IMG/VR virus record: IMGVR_UViG_3300031687_001200
DNA: 64,000 bases
Source: an uncultured virus (IMG/VR IMGVR_UViG_3300031687_001200)
Taxonomy: Duplodnaviria > Heunggongvirae > Uroviricota > Caudoviricetes
Reading direction: 5' to 3' (one strand)
Below the pieces are notes generated by a model. That model was not told the origin of the DNA. It did not search any database and worked only from the letters and a program-made list of their open reading frames with translations. Of this stretch, positions 38,355 through 48,644 are shown in pieces; position 1 is the stretch's first letter; each line of letters starts with the position of its first letter. The position numbers were made by a program, and so were the translations under genes.

Positions 38355-38650
38355 TTGACCAAGTAGTCGCTAACTTAAAAAGAGTATTCGACCCTGAGTT
38401 ACCACTCAACATATACGACCTAGGACTAATTTATGCAGTTAAGTTAAACCAAGAGTTTGATTGTACTGTAGACATGACACTAACCTCCCCTAACTGCCCG
38501 GCGGCTGAGATATTGCCTATGGAAGTAGAGTTTGCAACACGAAGTGTAGAAGGTATTAATAAAGTGCATGTACATTTAACTTTTGATCCACCATGGAATC
38601 CTGATACAATGGTAAGCGATGAAGGTAAATACGCTCTAGGAATTTTGTAA
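38312..38650 (+). CDS. sufT: SufT/DUF59 Fe-S assembly protein
   Basis: VFDPELPLNIYDLGLIY, MTLTSPNCPAA, FDPPW. Confidence 0.9.
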   Translation: MESGRQDDSLEDQIVDQVVANLKRVFDPELPLNIYDLGLIYAVKLNQEFDCTVDMTLTSPNCPAAEILPMEVEFATRSVEGINKVHVHLTFDPPWNPDTMVSDEGKYALGIL

Positions 38651-38946
38651 TGAGTAAGTTCTCCAAAGAAGAATTAGAAAACAGTAAACGAATATTTAAA
38701 AGCGCCACACCTAAACAAGACCTTAGCTGGTATGTTAAGTGGATAGCTAGTTGTTTCATATTAAGCAGTATGAGTATTAGAGGTATCGAAGGCTTACAAA
38801 TATATGACTTGGTCCTAAGTTTAATAGGTGTAACAGGTTGGATGATCGTAGGTATACTTTGGAAAGACAGAGCATTAATGTTGCTCAATGGAGTAGGTAT
38901 TATTTTATTTTTAAACACTTTAGTTAGATATTTGGTGGGTGCATGA
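38650..38946 (+). CDS. small membrane protein (DUF6552-like)
   Basis: SWYVKWIAS, GW..VGILWKDRAL..LN. Confidence 0.65.
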   Translation: MSKFSKEELENSKRIFKSATPKQDLSWYVKWIASCFILSSMSIRGIEGLQIYDLVLSLIGVTGWMIVGILWKDRALMLLNGVGIILFLNTLVRYLVGA

Positions 38947-40442
38947 GCATTGACGTTCGAGCATTAGAAACAGACACCGGCAAAATAATAGATCTAGCAA
39001 TTCCTCAATACGGCGAACGAGGTGAACACCAGCAATGGCTTATACCTAGTAATATTCCTGGTCAGGCACACCCGTTAATAATGAGCAACGATCCATACTA
39101 TAGAAGAAATATAGGTGCCAAAGACCAAATTAAGATGGAGCACCAAATAATAGCAGTAGACTTGTTCATACCCACTAGTGGATACAGTAATTGGAGTGCA
39201 ATTGGTAACTTGTACATAGACCATTCTCTAAGACCACAACAACTAGATTTCCTAATGAGCTTCTTTGAAAATTGGGAAGATTTAAATTGTGTATTACTTA
39301 TAAGTTTTTGTGATGAAAGTCCAGAGCTATCATTAGTATTAGAAACAGTTTATAGTCTAATGGCAATTTACGAAATACCACATGAAAGAGTAAAGTTTAC
39401 AGGACACAATTTTGCTGGGCAAGAAGTACTTACTACTTTTGCTAAAGAGAATGGCGAAAAGCCACTTACTTACATTGTAAATTGGTGGATGATAGGTCAC
39501 CTTGACACAACTCATGTAGAAGCTCTAGTAGAACGTAGTTACCTACCCAAAGAAACCGGACGACTTGATCAAACATATATGTTGAATCCTGTAGATATGA
39601 CACCCAAAAACAATACGTTTGTTTTCCTTAACAGGCGAGAAACAGACAACAGACTAGCATTGCTATACCTATTATGGCAAAAGGGTGTTAAGCATGTAGA
39701 AAGTATAATAAGTGCATTTCCACCGTTAAGACTATTTGCTATAAAACCAGGTGAAGACACCGGTGAACGTAATCACTACACTACTATATTCTTTAAAAGT
39801 ATGTTAAGGGATCTTGTGCCGTCGACAGCCACAGAACATACTGATGTAGACACACTAAACTTCAAAACCGAAATGAAGTTAGGCAAATCAATACCAGGCG
39901 ATCATCCATTTATTGGAGATACTGAATCAAGGTCCGCTCCCAATATGGATGATGCATACATTTGGCTAACTTGTGAAAGCACTAGCGACTTAAAAGAGAA
40001 AAACTTTTTCTTTACTGAAAAAGTATTAAAGCCTATGGTGTACGGACAAGCATTAGTAGTGTTTGCACAGCCTGGATTTGTTAAAGCATTTAAGTCGTTG
40101 GGATTCCACACACTATGCGAGGAGTATGGCATAAGTGAGGAGTACGATAATGTTGAAGATGATGCTCAACGCATAGATATGATTGCAGAAGAAATAATTA
40201 AAGTAGGATCTATTCCTTTACTAAAAATGCATGAAATACATGCAACACTAGAAGACAAAATTAAAGAGAATAAAAAGCGTATGTGGTTAATGTTAAGTAA
40301 CATACCAAACCCAGAAGCTTTTGTGTGGCAAGCCCACAACTCTATGATATCACAAATACACGAACACATACCATACAACACCGAAGAATCGTTAAAACTA
40401 TACAAAGATTATTGGGACTTGGATATGGTAGAAACTAAATAG
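38943..40442 (+). CDS. TEKxxKP family protein, putative glycosyltransferase-like
   Basis: FLNRR, TCES..FFTEKVLKP..G..LGF..YD; related to 44923-46089. Confidence 0.5.
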   Translation: MSIDVRALETDTGKIIDLAIPQYGERGEHQQWLIPSNIPGQAHPLIMSNDPYYRRNIGAKDQIKMEHQIIAVDLFIPTSGYSNWSAIGNLYIDHSLRPQQLDFLMSFFENWEDLNCVLLISFCDESPELSLVLETVYSLMAIYEIPHERVKFTGHNFAGQEVLTTFAKENGEKPLTYIVNWWMIGHLDTTHVEALVERSYLPKETGRLDQTYMLNPVDMTPKNNTFVFLNRRETDNRLALLYLLWQKGVKHVESIISAFPPLRLFAIKPGEDTGERNHYTTIFFKSMLRDLVPSTATEHTDVDTLNFKTEMKLGKSIPGDHPFIGDTESRSAPNMDDAYIWLTCESTSDLKEKNFFFTEKVLKPMVYGQALVVFAQPGFVKAFKSLGFHTLCEEYGISEEYDNVEDDAQRIDMIAEEIIKVGSIPLLKMHEIHATLEDKIKENKKRMWLMLSNIPNPEAFVWQAHNSMISQIHEHIPYNTEESLKLYKDYWDLDMVETK

Positions 40443-40474
40443 TACTACGAATTACACACACGGAGAAGAAGTAA

Positions 40475-41059
40475 ATGGCAGTAGAGATGACAATACCAGA
40501 AGTTAGCTGGTTACGAAGAAAAATCCCAGAAGGACAAACTGATTACGATTGGGTAGGACAAACATCCACCGATATCTTTAAAGACAAACGAGTTGTAGTG
40601 TTCGCACTACCAGGTGCATTTACACCAACTTGTTCAAGTACACATTTACCAGGATACGAAGCAAAATACGAAAACATCTTAGAACAAGATGTAGACGAAG
40701 TATATTGTCTTAGTGTAAACGATTCATTTGTAATGAATGCATGGTTTAGCTCAATGGGAATTGAGAATGTGCAACCTATTGCAGATGGCAATGGAAATTT
40801 TACTCGCCAAATGGGTATGCTAGTTAAGAAAGAAGCAGTAGACTTTGGAATGAGAAGCCAGCGTTATAGTATGGTAGTAGACAATGGCAGAGTTGAAATG
40901 ATTTTTTGTGAAGAAGGCAAGGAAGATAACTTTGCTGGCGATCCTTTTGAAATTAGTGATGCAACTTCTATGCTTAATTATCTAGAAGCAGTTAAAGATA
41001 TCCGCAGAGAAGAAATTGCAAAGGCTGAGGCTGATGAAGAAGATACAGCTAATACTTGA
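40475..41059 (+). CDS. peroxiredoxin (Prx5/AHP1 type)
   Basis: LPGAFTPTCSSTHLPGY, SVNDSFVMNAW, RSQRY. Confidence 0.93.
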   Translation: MAVEMTIPEVSWLRRKIPEGQTDYDWVGQTSTDIFKDKRVVVFALPGAFTPTCSSTHLPGYEAKYENILEQDVDEVYCLSVNDSFVMNAWFSSMGIENVQPIADGNGNFTRQMGMLVKKEAVDFGMRSQRYSMVVDNGRVEMIFCEEGKEDNFAGDPFEISDATSMLNYLEAVKDIRREEIAKAEADEEDTANT

Positions 41060-41939
41060 AAACGAATCTAGAACTAAAGTAGAAAAAATAGAGTGGGATC
41101 TTTATGATACTTACTCTGCTTTAAAAGTTTTTAATGTATTGCAAGATACTAAATCCAGAAGTACAATGCATCCACGCATTGACCTTCGCCAAAAGAACAC
41201 AGCAGAAACTACTTTTACATTAGCAACGGAAATGAATGAGATCATTGCCCAAATTAATGTGTTAGGTGAAGATTGTACTATAGATGAAGCACTTAAACTA
41301 GACGTATCAGTTCCACCGCATGAACAAGTTAAAAAGTTAAATGCATTACACGAAATATTTCAACTGTACACAGAGAAATCTGGCAGAGCGGCAACCCAAT
41401 TACTATTAGAGCGTGTAAACATATTAGTACACATGCTAGAAGCAGGCCCAGTAGAAATAGACCAAGTGTTTATTGTTGCAAAGCAAGAAAGCCTTAACAC
41501 CGTAGCATCGAGTTTATTAGACATGACCGATGAAGACCACATGGAACGTATGCCAAATGCATTGTGGGGAATATTGGAGATGGATTATCATACTGTGGGT
41601 AAGGATTTAAATGCATGTTACTACACCGATGACATTGAATTAGTTAAAGCCGGTGAACTACGACAGCAGACACAATTAACTCCATGTATTGCCGCTAATT
41701 TTATGACTAGTAGCAAATGGGCACCAACACCAGAGAGCGATGCACAAACTCAACAAAAGTTTTACACATGGTGCGAGATAAATAAGTTGGACGAATACAT
41801 CGATTACACTGAATCACAGTACAGACCCGGCAGATTACGGTTAGGCGAAATAAACAAAACATACAATATTCAGGATATTCAAGAGCTTGTAATAGAATTT
41901 CCGAGTATCAAAGAAATTATGCTAATAAATGATAAATAA
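41034..41939 (+). CDS. hypothetical protein
   Basis: LNALHEIF, YHTVGK motifs; ATG 41034 with GAGG. Confidence 0.65.
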   Translation: MKKIQLILENESRTKVEKIEWDLYDTYSALKVFNVLQDTKSRSTMHPRIDLRQKNTAETTFTLATEMNEIIAQINVLGEDCTIDEALKLDVSVPPHEQVKKLNALHEIFQLYTEKSGRAATQLLLERVNILVHMLEAGPVEIDQVFIVAKQESLNTVASSLLDMTDEDHMERMPNALWGILEMDYHTVGKDLNACYYTDDIELVKAGELRQQTQLTPCIAANFMTSSKWAPTPESDAQTQQKFYTWCEINKLDEYIDYTESQYRPGRLRLGEINKTYNIQDIQELVIEFPSIKEIMLINDK

Positions 41940-41972
41940 TAGCATCGAATACCCATAGTAGGAGTTTTAACA

Positions 41973-42800
41973 ATGACAGATTTTGTATTACCAACCCAAA
42001 GTAGTTTTGACGGCTTGACTACAAGCGGATACACACTAACAGATGCAGACGAAGGCTTTTTAACTAAAGAAGTAGGTGGCATCATTAAATTACTTGCGGA
42101 TCAAATGACTTCTAGCGAACTAATTCATGTAAGAGCTACAAGAACAAGTACCGGAAAAACAGAAAAATTTATTATAGACAATATAGCGGATTGGTCAGCA
42201 GGCCCTAAAATATTAACTAGTGATCACTTTGGCGATACGTTCTTAGATTGCACAGGATTTCTTACATACACTGGCAATGATGCAAAAGTGTTTAAAAACA
42301 CATTACCTACGCCAACAATAGTTAATGATTCAGACGGTGTTCCAACTTCACTTACTATTGCAGTAGTTGGCGGAACAGATATTGTGTTAGATTTAACAGC
42401 AAATCCAGATGCCAGAAGCAGTTCACAGATTGCAGGCTTCACTGGAGACATAGGCACAATGGCTGAATTTAAAAATTCATCTGATACAGCATTAGGAGCC
42501 GAGGCAGATACATTATCGCCAGAACTTGCTATTGTTATGCCTTTGCCAGTTCCAACAGCCAAACCAGCATGGGATTCCTTTGGACATTCAACATTGTTTA
42601 GTTCAGTATTTAATAGACTTCCAGTTAACGGTGTAATGGTTGTTAACCATGTAGAGTTTGCTACAATTAACGATGCTCTTTGGGCCGTACTAGACGCACA
42701 TTCTACGCAAGGTCACACATACGAAGCGACTTGGCTAGTGTCAGGTGCTGGTGAAGATACATCAGCAACAGACGTTGCTTGTATTAAACGACTTTCTTAA
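41973..42800 (+). CDS. hypothetical late protein, paralog of 42864-43703
   Basis: Shared IIKLLxDQM, TGKTxKFIIDN, TFLxCxxF, LPVxGV motifs; late promoter and AGGAG. Confidence 0.75.
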   Translation: MTDFVLPTQSSFDGLTTSGYTLTDADEGFLTKEVGGIIKLLADQMTSSELIHVRATRTSTGKTEKFIIDNIADWSAGPKILTSDHFGDTFLDCTGFLTYTGNDAKVFKNTLPTPTIVNDSDGVPTSLTIAVVGGTDIVLDLTANPDARSSSQIAGFTGDIGTMAEFKNSSDTALGAEADTLSPELAIVMPLPVPTAKPAWDSFGHSTLFSSVFNRLPVNGVMVVNHVEFATINDALWAVLDAHSTQGHTYEATWLVSGAGEDTSATDVACIKRLS

Positions 42801-42814
42801 AAAACAATAAAATA

Positions 42815-42846
42815 AAAAGCCAGTTCAAAGTGACTGGCTTTTTTTT
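42815..42846 (+). terminator. rho-independent terminator
   Basis: AAAAAGCCAGT..ACTGGCTTTTTTTT. Confidence 0.85.
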
Positions 42847-42863
42847 GACTGATAAATACAACT

Positions 42864-43703
42864 ATGACTACTAACTTAACCTTACATAATGATGCAAGAC
42901 ATAGCGAAGAAGATATCTACGAATATGAGTGGGAAGACTTAGCAGACGGTCTAATAACTAATGAACATGGTAGTATAATTAAATTACTATGCGATCAAAT
43001 GAATAAAAACGATATCGTATTGCTAATAGAGCCTATGAGTGGTACTGGCAAAACGGCTAAGTTTATTATTGACAACGCCGTCGATCCTGAAAATATTCCT
43101 AAAATTGTTTCACAAGATGTATTTCAAAATACATTTTTATATTGTGGAGAATTTTTTGAAATTGTAGAAGACGATCCTCGAGTGTTTCAAAATTCTATAA
43201 CACCTGACACCATTGCATACAATATGGCAGGCGAAATAGAAGGCGTAACAAAGCATTATGAAAATGCAGATGACTTATACATAGATTTAAGTATCGAACC
43301 TGCAGTTAGAACTAAAGATCAATTATCCTTAATCACAGACTTTACGCCTAAAAATATGGCAAACATGCTAAACTTTAATGGTGATGCATTGGGAGAAGCA
43401 CATGAAGTGTTTGAACCTACTTTAATAGTAATGTTTCCTTTCCCAATTAGTTTAGGCTATCCTTTACATGAAGCTGAAGGCTTAGTTGGTCAATGTTTAG
43501 CATCACTCCACGCCTTACCAGTTGGTGGCGTACTAGTATTAATGGATATTCATTACGAACGTGTTAATTTACAAATGTGGCGAGCAATAGATTGTATGAA
43601 AGATCGACATAATCACGAATTTCAATTGGAGTGGTTACTTGGTTTAGCCGCTGACGGATCAAAGCAAGTATTCAAAGCCGCCGCAATTAAACGCATAGCA
43701 TAA
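42864..43703 (+). CDS. hypothetical late protein, paralog of 41973-42800
   Basis: Colinear similarity along full length; ATAAATA 5 nt before ATG. Confidence 0.75.
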   Translation: MTTNLTLHNDARHSEEDIYEYEWEDLADGLITNEHGSIIKLLCDQMNKNDIVLLIEPMSGTGKTAKFIIDNAVDPENIPKIVSQDVFQNTFLYCGEFFEIVEDDPRVFQNSITPDTIAYNMAGEIEGVTKHYENADDLYIDLSIEPAVRTKDQLSLITDFTPKNMANMLNFNGDALGEAHEVFEPTLIVMFPFPISLGYPLHEAEGLVGQCLASLHALPVGGVLVLMDIHYERVNLQMWRAIDCMKDRHNHEFQLEWLLGLAADGSKQVFKAAAIKRIA

Positions 43704-43724
43704 CTTAGGAAAATAAATACTACT

Positions 43725-44936
43725 ATGAAACTAGCTATTACTGGTGTTGGTATAGTCTCGCCTTTAGGCAATACACTCTCCGAAAATATAGATAATTTAA
43801 AGGCTAAAAAGGTTCCTATAACTGATTATAGACCACAAGGTCATTTCAGTGATTGGATTTTAGAAGTAGAGAAAGCATTCCATTGCAACTACGATGATGT
43901 AAATGCGGAACATCTTATTAAAACTAAAGACAGACGTTGGATAGATCCAACTGTAGTTAGCAGTATGATAGCAGTAGATGAAGCAGTTACAATGAGTGGT
44001 CTAGACTTGCCACATGACACACCTGTAGTAGTGGGAACTATTAGAGGCGGTGCTCCAAACTTAGCAAGATATGGTCAAACGCTACATCAACACAAACGCA
44101 AAGTACACCCTCAAATACTGTTAAGTAGCTCACTAGAGTACGTTAGCAATCATATAAGCAGTCATTACAAATTACATGGCCCAAGCCTAGCAACTAGCGG
44201 AACGTGTGTCAGCGGCTTACAAGCACTAGACATTGCTAAAAAGTACATGCAAACTGAAGGATACACTAGTTGTATCGTGGGTGGCACAGACTTTATGACC
44301 AGTTCGATGAGTACAATATACTTCCAGTTACTAGGTGCAATTAGCCCAACAGGCAAAAGTGTCCCATGGGACGAAAGTAGAGACGGTTTTGTAATGGGAG
44401 AAGGCAGTGTGTATCTAGTAGTAGAACCATTAGAACTTGCACAAGAGCGTGGAGCAGATATACGTTGGGTAGTTGATGGGTTAGGTATAGCAAATGACGG
44501 AGCCCATGCAACCCAGCCAGATTTAGAAGGCACTGGAGCCAGAATTGCAATAGATAAAGTATTTAAGCAAGCCGGTACAACAGCAGAAGATTACACAGTT
44601 TTAAATGCACATGCCACAAGCACACCATTTGGTGATCCTGTAGAGTATAACGTGTTGAAAGATTACTTTCCAGAAGGAAGTCACTTGTACGGTAACAAAG
44701 GACAAGTGGGCCATATGATGGGTGCTAGTGGACTTGCAGAAATAGTGTTAGGTGCAGAGGCAATGATAGATGGATTTGTGCCAGCAAATGCAGGATTAGA
44801 AAATCCGTTTACAGATGATGGACATTTTGATTTATTAACAGAAGTTAAAGAAAAAACATATACTAGAATGTTTAAAACTAGTTTTGGATTCGGCGGACGT
44901 AGTGCGGCGGTGAGTATAACTAGTGACTCCGAATAG
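43725..44936 (+). CDS. beta-ketoacyl-ACP synthase (FabF/FabB-like)
   Basis: AITGVGIVSPLG, active Cys in SGTCVSG, RDGFVMGEG, NAHATST, KGQVGH, SFGFGG. Confidence 0.92.
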   Translation: MKLAITGVGIVSPLGNTLSENIDNLKAKKVPITDYRPQGHFSDWILEVEKAFHCNYDDVNAEHLIKTKDRRWIDPTVVSSMIAVDEAVTMSGLDLPHDTPVVVGTIRGGAPNLARYGQTLHQHKRKVHPQILLSSSLEYVSNHISSHYKLHGPSLATSGTCVSGLQALDIAKKYMQTEGYTSCIVGGTDFMTSSMSTIYFQLLGAISPTGKSVPWDESRDGFVMGEGSVYLVVEPLELAQERGADIRWVVDGLGIANDGAHATQPDLEGTGARIAIDKVFKQAGTTAEDYTVLNAHATSTPFGDPVEYNVLKDYFPEGSHLYGNKGQVGHMMGASGLAEIVLGAEAMIDGFVPANAGLENPFTDDGHFDLLTEVKEKTYTRMFKTSFGFGGRSAAVSITSDSE

Positions 44937-46089
44937 TTTCGAATACAAGCAAATACAAATAACTACAATTGAAACAATTATTCCGAATGACGACAGTACG
45001 TTCAGCCAGTTATATCCATATGCTAATATAGGCACAAGAAAGTTTCCTAAGTGTTGTATCAGTTTTGAAGATTTTAGACGACTTGATAGTGACCAGATAG
45101 AAGACAACCACTTTTTTGAAATATCATACACCGATTGGGTTAACATCGATGATAAAAGTGTATTCAAAGATTATAACCTTATGATTTCCAAAAGCATGGA
45201 AGCATTTATACATACTGGGCTCGATAGTGTCTATCCTGACATTCCCAAGTACTGGTTTGCTGACGATGGTACTTTAGATCAAATTGATCCTAATGCCCCT
45301 GACGATAGCAATCGATATATTGGATTAGACATACCTAAACGCACAGTAGTAGTTACTGATAACATTATGCCTAATGGGCATCCTGTGGAAGGTGTACACT
45401 TTATTCCTTCTAATGTATGGCTTCAAGAGCACGATATTCAAACTCTTCTAGCTGAACAGTTTGATGAAGAAACTATAAGAGAAAATATATTTCATCCTAA
45501 AGATAAAAAGTTTATTGCATTAATGGGTTACCCTAAACAACACCGTTGGGACTTCTTTAATAAAGTTATCGGTGATAGTGTGTTAGAAAAACAATGCTTA
45601 ATAGGATCTTATCACCCTAATTTTAAACGTTCAGTGCGTAACGATACACAACTATCTCCAAGAAGTGACGGACCTAAGTATAGAAACATGGAAGTAGACT
45701 GGGTACAGAATTGTCATTTTTGGATATCAATGGAATCTTGGTATATAGGAGATTTTGATCCTATGAGTCAACTAACAGAAAAAACATACAAGCCCATAGC
45801 GGCAGGAATGCCTTTCTTAATATCAGGCGGTGGCGCTGAACTTGATCATCTAACTAATCTAGGATTTGAAAACTTTTTAGATGTGTTCGGAGATTATAGA
45901 GGAAGTACATTCCAAGAAACTAACGACAACATCATAAACATTATCAGTCATCCAGAAAAGTATGACAAGGAAGAACTTGCAACACGATGTATACATAACA
46001 ATAAAATACTGCAACAATGGAATACTGTAGCAGTTTGGGAACATTATTTAGAACAGGTTAATAATGTTTACATTGACAGCAATATATAA
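44923..46089 (+). CDS. TEKxxKP family protein, putative glycosyltransferase-like
   Basis: SMES..LTEKTYKPIAAGMPFL..LGFENF..DY. Confidence 0.5.
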   Translation: MTPNSFEYKQIQITTIETIIPNDDSTFSQLYPYANIGTRKFPKCCISFEDFRRLDSDQIEDNHFFEISYTDWVNIDDKSVFKDYNLMISKSMEAFIHTGLDSVYPDIPKYWFADDGTLDQIDPNAPDDSNRYIGLDIPKRTVVVTDNIMPNGHPVEGVHFIPSNVWLQEHDIQTLLAEQFDEETIRENIFHPKDKKFIALMGYPKQHRWDFFNKVIGDSVLEKQCLIGSYHPNFKRSVRNDTQLSPRSDGPKYRNMEVDWVQNCHFWISMESWYIGDFDPMSQLTEKTYKPIAAGMPFLISGGGAELDHLTNLGFENFLDVFGDYRGSTFQETNDNIINIISHPEKYDKEELATRCIHNNKILQQWNTVAVWEHYLEQVNNVYIDSNI

Positions 46090-46107
46090 AGGTGCTACAA
46101 TATTATC

Positions 46108-46527
46108 ATGAAAACAAAATTTAAATCAGCATTTATGGATACAGCAGAAAGATTTGCTGAACTAAGCAGTGCCAAACGTGCCCAAGTAGGGGCAATTATT
46201 GTTAAAGACAACAGAATTATCAGTATAGGCTACAATGGTATGCCTAGTGGTTGGGATAATGTATGCGAAATACCCGGTGAAGATAAAACAAAACCAGAAG
46301 TGTTACATGCAGAAGCAAATGCTATTACTAAGGTAGCACAAAGTTCTGACAGTAGCAAAGGTGCTACAATATTTTGCACACATGAGCCTTGCATAGATTG
46401 TGCTAAACTAATATACCAATCAGGCATTACTAAACTTATATACAAACATAAATATAATGCCGCTAAAGGGTACGGCGGAGACTTCCTAGCAAAAAGCGGA
46501 GTGGACGTTGAGCAATTAAAAATATGA
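46108..46527 (+). CDS. dCMP deaminase
   Basis: VGAIIV, GYNGMP, HAEANA, PCIDC; promoter 46073-46101. Confidence 0.92.
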   Translation: MKTKFKSAFMDTAERFAELSSAKRAQVGAIIVKDNRIISIGYNGMPSGWDNVCEIPGEDKTKPEVLHAEANAITKVAQSSDSSKGATIFCTHEPCIDCAKLIYQSGITKLIYKHKYNAAKGYGGDFLAKSGVDVEQLKI

Positions 46528-47474
46528 AAGTTATAAAAACAGAAAACGCAGGTATACAAATAGATTGCGACATATCCAAACTAACTGAACAAGAATATAA
46601 AGACATCAACGAGTTATATTTAGATAACTTACTAATTACTTTTATTAATCAGCCATTTGAAACATTGCCGTTTGCTAAACTAATTACTAAGATGGGAACG
46701 TTTGCCAATTGGGATCAAATGCTTTGGGGACAAGACGGAGAGAATCTTAAGAAACATGCTTTTATAGATCCGTTTATATTTGAAACAGATTCTCTTAGAG
46801 AAGAGCCAGACAACTTCTATCCTGTACAACGAGTAACAGGTAAAAAAACTGAGAAAGGATTACCAACTGGTATCTTTGGTAACGGAGAACTAGATTGGCA
46901 CAGTAACATGAATGGCGAAATGGATAGAGCTAGAGGTGTCGCACTACAAGGTGCATGGCATTGTGAAGGAACACATACAGCATTTATGGACACAGTTAAA
47001 GCATACGATGATATGTCTGATGAACTTAAAGCAAGATGTGAAGGTGTTATAGGCAACTACGAATACGCTCCAGAGAACTGGGCAAAAGGTGTGCCAACTC
47101 CACAGTTACATATGATGAAGGGCTTTGGACTAACTGACAGCAAATACACAATGCCATTAGTTCATGAAGGCTTTAATGGCAAGAAAGGTTTATACTTTCA
47201 CTATCACAACAACTGCAAATTTGAAGATAAAGAATTAAAGCAGATACTTATGGAACATTGTTTCCAATCAAAATACATCTACGAACATGAATGGCATCCT
47301 GGAGATATTGTTATATCTGACCAAGTGCTAACCTTACATAAGCGAGTAGAGTGGGATCCGGAGATTATAGCAAAAAGAGTGCTACACAGGATAACATTCC
47401 ATTACGACAACATGATTGACGATTACTTTAACAAATACACTAAAATTAAAGAAACTAATACGCTAGAATACTAG
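46524..47474 (+). CDS. TauD/TfdA family dioxygenase
   Basis: ELDWHSN, TAFMD..AYDDM, WHPGDIVISDQ..TLHKR, RVLHR. Confidence 0.85.
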   Translation: MKVIKTENAGIQIDCDISKLTEQEYKDINELYLDNLLITFINQPFETLPFAKLITKMGTFANWDQMLWGQDGENLKKHAFIDPFIFETDSLREEPDNFYPVQRVTGKKTEKGLPTGIFGNGELDWHSNMNGEMDRARGVALQGAWHCEGTHTAFMDTVKAYDDMSDELKARCEGVIGNYEYAPENWAKGVPTPQLHMMKGFGLTDSKYTMPLVHEGFNGKKGLYFHYHNNCKFEDKELKQILMEHCFQSKYIYEHEWHPGDIVISDQVLTLHKRVEWDPEIIAKRVLHRITFHYDNMIDDYFNKYTKIKETNTLEY

Positions 47475-47516
47475 AAAACGGTTGACATTAGTGTGTTAAG
47501 GCGGTATAATACATAG

Positions 47517-47738
47517 ATGAATAAGAAATCCAAGACACAAATGACTAAAGCTGAACTCATAGAGCTATGCTACGAGCTAGAGAAAGAACTAGTTACCAAG
47601 CAAAAGACTGTAGATTCATTGCAAAATGACAGAGTAGCATTAGATACAATTGTTGCTGACACAGACGTCAGTGCAATTATCACCGGCATGAATGCTAGAA
47701 TTAAAAAATTAGAAGAGAGACTAGAAAATAATGGATAA
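47517..47738 (+). CDS. small coiled-coil protein
   Basis: TTGACA-N17-TATAAT (47482-47510) 6 nt before ATG. Confidence 0.65.
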   Translation: MNKKSKTQMTKAELIELCYELEKELVTKQKTVDSLQNDRVALDTIVADTDVSAIITGMNARIKKLEERLENNG

Positions 47739-48117
47739 TTTAGTATTTGTTTACGGCTCGCTAAAGACAGGCGGAAACATAAGAGGCTTGGACGGAAGAC
47801 CAGGAGCAGAGATTGTTGGCAGAGCAACTACAACATATCCTGATTACAACATGCTAGACTTAGGAGCCTTTCCCGGCGTAACAATGAAGGGAGAGTATAA
47901 GATCCAAGGCGAAGTATGGAAATGCAATGCAGAGGTAATGGAAGATTTAGATGCTATAGAAGGCTATCCAGATTTTTACAACCGTGTTAGAACTGAAACA
48001 ACACAAGGCAGAGCATGGATGTATTACCTAGAAGCAGACGCCTATCAATCAGCAACATACCCAGAAAGCCCTAGTATTGAATTAATAGATGATGTACTAC
48101 ACTGGAAACTATTTTAA
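47731..48117 (+). CDS. gamma-glutamylcyclotransferase family protein
   Basis: VFVYGSLK, GEVW, LDAIEGYP..Y.R, AWMY. Confidence 0.88.
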   Translation: MDNLVFVYGSLKTGGNIRGLDGRPGAEIVGRATTTYPDYNMLDLGAFPGVTMKGEYKIQGEVWKCNAEVMEDLDAIEGYPDFYNRVRTETTQGRAWMYYLEADAYQSATYPESPSIELIDDVLHWKLF

Positions 48118-48450
48118 ATGTACGGAGTAATTGAAATGAAAGACCTATCGCTAGATAGTTTAATTATGCTAACAGAAGGCTGGCATGAAGACAGGAACTT
48201 AATTAACGGTGCAACGGATAAGGATCAAGTATGTAAATTGATTCAGGAAGTTGGCGAACTATCAGATAACGTATGCAAAGGCAAAGATGTTAAAGATGAC
48301 ATTGGCGACTGTATGGTTGTACTGATTAATATCGCAAAACGTAACGGAGTAACTATGCAAGAATGCTTACAAGTTGCTTACGAAGATATCAAACATCGTA
48401 GAGGTAGAATGGTCGATGGGATTTTTGTTAAAGAGGCAGACGAGGTATAA
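48118..48450 (+). CDS. MazG-like nucleotide pyrophosphohydrolase
   Basis: KLIQEVGEL, DDIGDCMVVL, AYEDIKHRRG; start may be 48136. Confidence 0.85.
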   Translation: MYGVIEMKDLSLDSLIMLTEGWHEDRNLINGATDKDQVCKLIQEVGELSDNVCKGKDVKDDIGDCMVVLINIAKRNGVTMQECLQVAYEDIKHRRGRMVDGIFVKEADEV

Positions 48451-48452
48451 TC

Positions 48453-48644
48453 ATGAGAAACATAATTGATGGTTTCTGGAACACTTGGGACAAAACAAGT
48501 GAATTACTTTTAGATATTAATGACTGGTATAAAGAGAAAGTCGATGATATTGCTTGGAAGTATAACTTCAGTACATACAACATGACATGGTTAGGATTTG
48601 CTGAAGGAGTACTATTAGTATTACTCCTACAGTGGTTATTTTAA
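48453..48644 (+). CDS. small membrane protein
   Basis: C-terminal TM helix, GAGG RBS. Confidence 0.55.
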   Translation: MRNIIDGFWNTWDKTSELLLDINDWYKEKVDDIAWKYNFSTYNMTWLGFAEGVLLVLLLQWLF

